Below, one piece after another: positions 58,483 to 64,000 of a DNA stretch of 64,000 nucleotides. The position numbers were made by a program, and so were the translations under genes. Every line of letters starts with the position of its first letter. Position 1 is the first letter of the stretch. Under the pieces are notes generated by a model. That model was not told where the DNA came from and made no database searches. It was given only the letters and a program-made list of their open reading frames with translations. Source of the stretch: Tubulanus polymorphus (taxonomy: Eukaryota > Animalia > Nemertea); contig NC_134030.1 in assembly GCF_964204645.1 (NCBI RefSeq), positions 17,112,110-17,176,109 of the forward strand. Reading direction: 5' to 3'.

Positions 58483-59190
58483 ATGATAGCGTTGTACTGC
58501 AACCAAGTTTCGTCCAACGGAAAGAGATCCTTTTACCGTTATCGCCTGCCAAATGAAGAAAGAGATTTAAAACATGCTTGCCGACTGGCAGTATTGAAGG
58601 CACTCGGTATTTCTCGAGCCCGTCTTTTACCAATCATGCAAGGGGGCATTTTGCCTAAAAATGATGGAAGGGGGAGGCATGGCAATCAGTATGTTACTTC
58701 ACCAGAAATTGTCAATATGGTACGTAGTGATTACCAATTATCATTCACATATGAACAATAAGTATTGGCAAACAAAAAATTCATTATCAGACTAACAGAA
58801 TACTTTCCGTTTCAGGTTGAAGATCACATTAAATCATATGAACCGACAGAGTCACTATGGTCGTACTTCAACAAACAAAAAATATCTACCATCCCATCTT
58901 AATGTGGTAGAACTATACAAGGGATTTTTACGACAAACGGCTCTACTAGCTAATCATCATCCCGTAACACTATCCATCTACAGGAAAATTTTCAATAAAA
59001 TGAACCTTTCATTTCAAAGCCCACGGACTGATACCTACCCTACTTGCGACTTACTAAACAACAAGAAAGTAGCTATGGATGATGGCCAAACTAAAATTAA
59101 GTTAGAAGAGCAGCTAGCTGAACACCATGCGAAAGCTGCCCTGGCCATGGAAACGATGAAGGCTGATATGCTAAAATCGAGGCATTTCTT
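58483..59190 (+). pseudogene. N-terminal part of a Sola-like DNA transposase (intron ~58721-58816)
   Basis: LGISRARL, DGRGRHGN, SHYGR...YLP..L, YRKIF..NLSF..PRTDT.PTCD. Confidence 0.6.
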
Positions 59191-59678
59191 TGAACGCGTT
59201 TAGTTGTCAGTGGTGATATTCAGACTCAGATTTCAGACTTCCTGATAGATTGTGTTCACTGTATTTTCTATATTCATTGTAGTTAGTATTACAAGCGTAG
59301 TAATGACAGTTTCTCTTTAATCATAAATAATGAAATAATTAATTGTACATTTCATATTTTTCGTTCGTTTTTTATTTCTGTTCTTGGGTTTGAGAGAATT
59401 CCAATAAACTTTCAAAATCGTATATCAACATGAACACTGTTGTTTTGTCTAAAGAAGATTTGAAACGGATACTTTCTGAATCTTCAATTGACCTCTGATA
59501 AGCGTTTTCGGATCGAGACAAAAAGTCGGGCTGCTCAACCACTGAGGTATCAGTTTGCAGCAGTGACCTGTTACAAAGTGCATGCAGTGCCATGTGTCTA
59601 GTACAGTCATGGTGTTGTGTATATAGAATCAGCCTAGCTGTGAAACCAAATCGTACACTGTAAAACACCGCTACGATT

Positions 59679-60791
59679 ATGAACGCGACCATTGACATTC
59701 AATCACCCAAAGCAGAAGAGATCGAACTGAGAAATTTTTGGGATCTCGAAACTCTCGGCATTAAAGAGTCGGAGACCGACAAAGAAGCCGAAATCTCGTT
59801 CTTGGATTACAAGTTTAATTATATCAACAGCAATGAAAATGGCAGGTACGTAGCAAGCCTACCATGGAGCTACAACCATGCCCCTTTACCAACGAACAAA
59901 GACGTCGCTGCAAGTATGACACGCGCCATGTTTAACCGTCTATCATCAGAAACCCTACACTTCTACGATCGAATTTTCAAAGACCAACTTGTGCGTGGAT
60001 TCATCGAGAAAATAAATGACACTTGTGATAGTGTACCCTATCTTCCCCACCATGGGGTACGGAAAGTCTTTTACTGCCCCGTGACGCATAGTATTCGATT
60101 GCAGCTGCATAGTAGGTGACGCCTGTAGTCTAAAACGATTGTTGATTTGATTTGATTTTTTTTGCATAATTGTTACATAATTTATACGTATAATGTATGA
60201 CAATCATCAGGACCTCGGAAATCATTATGTGATTGCCAAGCCGAGGCCTTGGAGCAGATAACAATACAATTATGAAAAGAAGGAAGATTGAGAATGATGG
60301 AATTATACTATTTGGATAGTAAGAAGGACAGAAAGGACCTTTCTCTCATCAACGACCTTGCCGCTATCCTCATCAGATTCCGTATTCACAAAATTGGCAT
60401 GTTATCAGATATAGAGAAAGCCGGTCTTACAGATTGGACAAAACGAAAGGGGACTACACAAAGTTTTTCTGGATTAATGACCCGGCTATCCCAAACAGTG
60501 ATTTCGAAGTCTATCGGTTCAAAGTTATTCTCTTCGGAGCGTAAGCTCACCGTTCTAAAACCTTTGATGAACTATGACTCGGATACATCTCGTGCTCTGG
60601 AGAGAGACATATACGTCGACAATATCATCATGGATGTTAACTCGGAGACTGAAGTGTTAGACATCTACAATGAAGCTACCCGGATTAATAACGCGGCAGG
60701 ACTAGTCCAGAGATCTTGGTCTTCGAATAGCGAATCAGTGATGCAGTCAGCAACTAAAAACAATACACCCGAAACTGGTCCATCAACCTAA
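59679..60791 (+). pseudogene. pol: BEL/Pao LTR retrotransposon pol fragment (interrupted ~60140-60335)
   Basis: FWDLETLGI, GRYVASLPW, YLPHHGV, ILIRFR, SDIEKA, YVDN. Confidence 0.85.
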
Positions 60792-61117
60792 GTACTAGAA
60801 CGCAGTCTCAAATGTTTTGTGACTTTCTCAAAATGTATCAAAAATTTAAGTAATTTTTAGTTCATAAGTCTTCAAATATTCATTAATGAACAGTTAAAAA
60901 TTGTTGAAACATGTCGACTCAGCCGTAAAATCAACCCATTCACAGTCCCGAATGTGGGATAATGTCGGGCTTTAGAGAACATAATCCCCCGAGGTCTTCA
61001 CATTTACAGATAAGATTATGTAAGCGTGTCGCGCGTTACACCGGATAGGCACACAATAGAAATATGAGCCGCACGTTCATTGATCATCACCAATTAAGAG
61101 GACCGCTATTGTGAAAA

Positions 61118-61365
61118 TTGACTGCGGGAGGAATATTCCTCCCAAAGTCAATCGATGGAAACTTGACCAAGGGGTCTGATATTCAAACAATTGACTTTGG
61201 GAGGAATATTCCTCCCAAGGTCAAACGAAGAGAATTTGACCTTCAGTTCTGATATTCAAAGTATCGACTTCGGGAGGAATATTCCTCCGACTGTCAAACG
61301 AAGGAAAATGGACCTAGGTCTGATATTCGAAATATTGACTTTGGGATGAATATTCGTCCAAACCT
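61118..61365. repeat. ~73-bp tandem repeat (3.5 units) with palindromic core GGAGGAATATTCCTCC
   Basis: Units start at 61118, 61191, 61264 and 61335. Confidence 0.85.
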
Positions 61366-62973
61366 CTAACGCTAAAAACCTGAGCTTTTAGAATGATAGG
61401 TCTACTAGTTAAATTTTTTTCTTGATTGATTCACGCTGGGAGGTCTACATCAAATTATATATTTGATCAAATCAATTATGTTTCAACTGCGAATTCACAT
61501 TTGATATTGATATTAATCATCAATATTACTCATCATTATATAGCGCACTGCTGCAAATTGTAACCAGTGTGCTTTTCATGGGTATAAAATTAACACAAGT
61601 TGAAGAAATCGAATTTGAAATACGTGGATAATAAAAAATAAGTTGAAGAGGCGGAGAGATCTGACGAAAAGAAACAACAAACGATATGGGCGCCAAATTG
61701 ACCCATGCCTAATTGCCCGACCAAATAGTCCGACCAGACCTGAGTCAAATTAAGCCGAGTCAAATTAGCGTGTTAATTTAAACTGGTTCTGGAAGTCAGT
61801 CACTTCGCTTTGCTTAAGTATGGACTCGTTTTAGAGTATCTTCAAGCATTGTTTAGTATCGAATGAATGGGTTTGCATTTGAATGTGAAATAAATTTGAA
61901 CATGAAAATCAGCGCGCTCTTTGGTAAGCCATGAAAACAATTTCGGACCCTGATTCGAGCCAATTTGTTTGCAAATTAGCCATTGTCCTAGTTTTAACTT
62001 CTGATTTGTACCCTGTATAGGCCGGTTTATATTTCTGTTTGTACTCTTTCATAGAAATTCGACAGATATCAAATAGCATCTTTGATTAAAGACACTGTTG
62101 ACCGGTACAAACCAATATATCCATCCATCCGACATACGAGCAATTATTTCATTAATGAGATAATTGCTCGTAGATCCGACAGCTATGTTTTACAACTAGA
62201 AGTGCATAAAATCAGATTCCTAATGATATTACATGTATTACTATTAAGAATAAGCTATTAATTATGATTAAATTCAAAAAGAATTGAGAAAATATCTTGC
62301 TTTGAATGGCTTTTAATTAAATATTGGAAAGGGCGATTTTGAAGGGGGAATTTTATCTGCGGTGTCACTGCTAATCGAGTAATCAAGAAGCACAAACTCC
62401 CTAAGGTGATAAAGTGTTTTAAGCAGATCTTTTCCGATTGTGATCCCAATATATGAATTGCACATGGAACTATTATGTATAAACACCTCTCACAATTTAC
62501 GTAATGACAGAGTGGCGTCCTTTTGCACAAGCTATATTACACCATGATGAAAAGCCTTTTTTATAGTTTAGAGTTGGATTTCTCGATGTATAAATGCAAG
62601 CAGGGTCAGAAGCTTTATGCTCAATAACATTAGGTTCCTATAAATGTTTGCTATGGATTTCAAAATAAAAGAAAAATCTACGTTTAAATGAGATATTAGT
62701 TTCATTACTCGTGATATATTGAGGAATCTCTGCAATAAAATTTGACGATTTCAAAATTATTACAAAATGAGCAAACTTTGTGATATCTGCTAACAGTATA
62801 AATTCAAGCGTATATGCAGATTTGCGTGATATGTAATAAATATCGTAGCAAATAATCAAAGTGAGAAAAGTATCTACTGTAGCTAGAGATGATAATGAGT
62901 CCCATATCCAGAATATCTGAACCAAAATATCTCCCTCAAAAAACCTTCAACCATTCAAAAAAACATAGGAATA

Positions 62974-63735
62974 TGGTTGTAGGTAAAAATCTCCGTGGTA
63001 AAAATCCCCTTGGTAAATATCCCCTGTGTAAAAACCCAAAATATTCAAAGTAGGTAAAAATCCCCACTCGGTGATTTTCAAAGACATTTCAAAGCAAAAT
63101 GTTTCTCCAATTCTATTAATTTGCTATGAGACTGAAATATGTTAGAACTGTGCAACGAAATCTTTCTTTGCGATAAATTCTTAAGTAAAACTCTTAGCAC
63201 AAAATAAATTGTTAGAATTGATAAGAATAATTAATTTTTATTTGTAATATCTAAAGATTCGAACAGGTGTATTTTTGAACTGCGGACTCTTGTTAACTGT
63301 GGTATATTTCAGCTGTTCGATGCCAAAAATTATTAGAAATAATGTTCTTTTGATTTGAAATATTTTAGATTCAAGCTAGTGTAATATATTTGAAATGTGC
63401 GATGAACCCTTTCATCAAGCTGTGCGATCACTTTATTTACCAATTTAGTAGTAATGAACAATGTTAATTTTGTAGTATGTTTTAATTCAAATAGTATATA
63501 CTATAGTTTGTATACTCATGATATCATTATGGTGTTTCATAGTAAAATATGAATACATTGGATATACGTATCAATAATATGAATTAATTGACCTTAAGAT
63601 TGTATCTACAATCCATTCAAAAGGAGGGGGATTTCTACCTACACTAAAGAATCGGGGATTTTTACCGAGAGGATTTTAACCTAGGGGATTGTTACCTAGG
63701 GTATTTTTTACCCAGATGATTTTTGCCGCTAACCA
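62974..63735. mobile_element. Foldback-type MITE with modular subterminal repeats
   Basis: TA|TGGTT...AACCA|TA; GGTAAAAATCCCC repeats on the left, inverted GGGGATTTTTACC repeats on the right. Confidence 0.7.
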
Positions 63736-64000
63736 TAGATGTAGTTTGTAATTTTGAATAATGGTCTTGGCAATGCACTAATTATGAACAATTTACTTTG
63801 TTTTGTTGAATTAACTACTTGTCATCAATTCACTATAGAACTATGGTGGATCCTAACAATGAGTCTGGCCTGCTATTCTAAACTCTTTCCGAAAATTATA
63901 TTGCTAAGATATTCCTAGTCTTCATCATTTAGCATGAACTCTAGATGTTGGCCTGGATATATTTCGGATTCATTAAATGGTATCATGGGCGTGGAATGTT

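Noticed and set aside
61118-61365. CRISPR-like repeat-spacer array
   Set aside because: The inter-palindrome segments are homologous to each other, so this is a tandem repeat.

Overview
Eukaryotic (metazoan, probably aquatic invertebrate) repeat-dense DNA made almost entirely of nested mobile elements; I found no cellular host gene. Left to right: (1) a long-LTR Gypsy element (152-12689, TSD AATT) whose 5' LTR holds a Penelope-like retroelement with inverted pseudo-LTRs and minimal hammerhead ribozymes, and whose interior holds gag/protease relics, a zinc-finger extra ORF and an AT-rich virus-like block; (2) a hAT element with a 6-bp TSD (13248-41394) containing a second, apparently intact hAT element, a pogo-like MITE, a HINE-like element and a 19-kb Polinton/Maverick (20786-39809); (3) a Helentron relic interrupted by a Gypsy element, an AT-rich virus-like relic and a second Gypsy fragment, both Gypsies carrying an SGNH-esterase ORF3; (4) Sola-like and BEL/Pao relics and MITEs. 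The Polinton is the best candidate for an undescribed system. It has a LAGLIDADG intein in pPolB motif C, a poxvirus-late-like TAATTTTT-Nx-TAAATG motif at most gene starts, a membrane-protein cluster, no recognisable adenain protease, and a ~290-nt GC-rich, G-U-rich, highly base-paired putative RNA gene with a TATA box and T4 terminator. All calls are from reading by eye; no searches were run.
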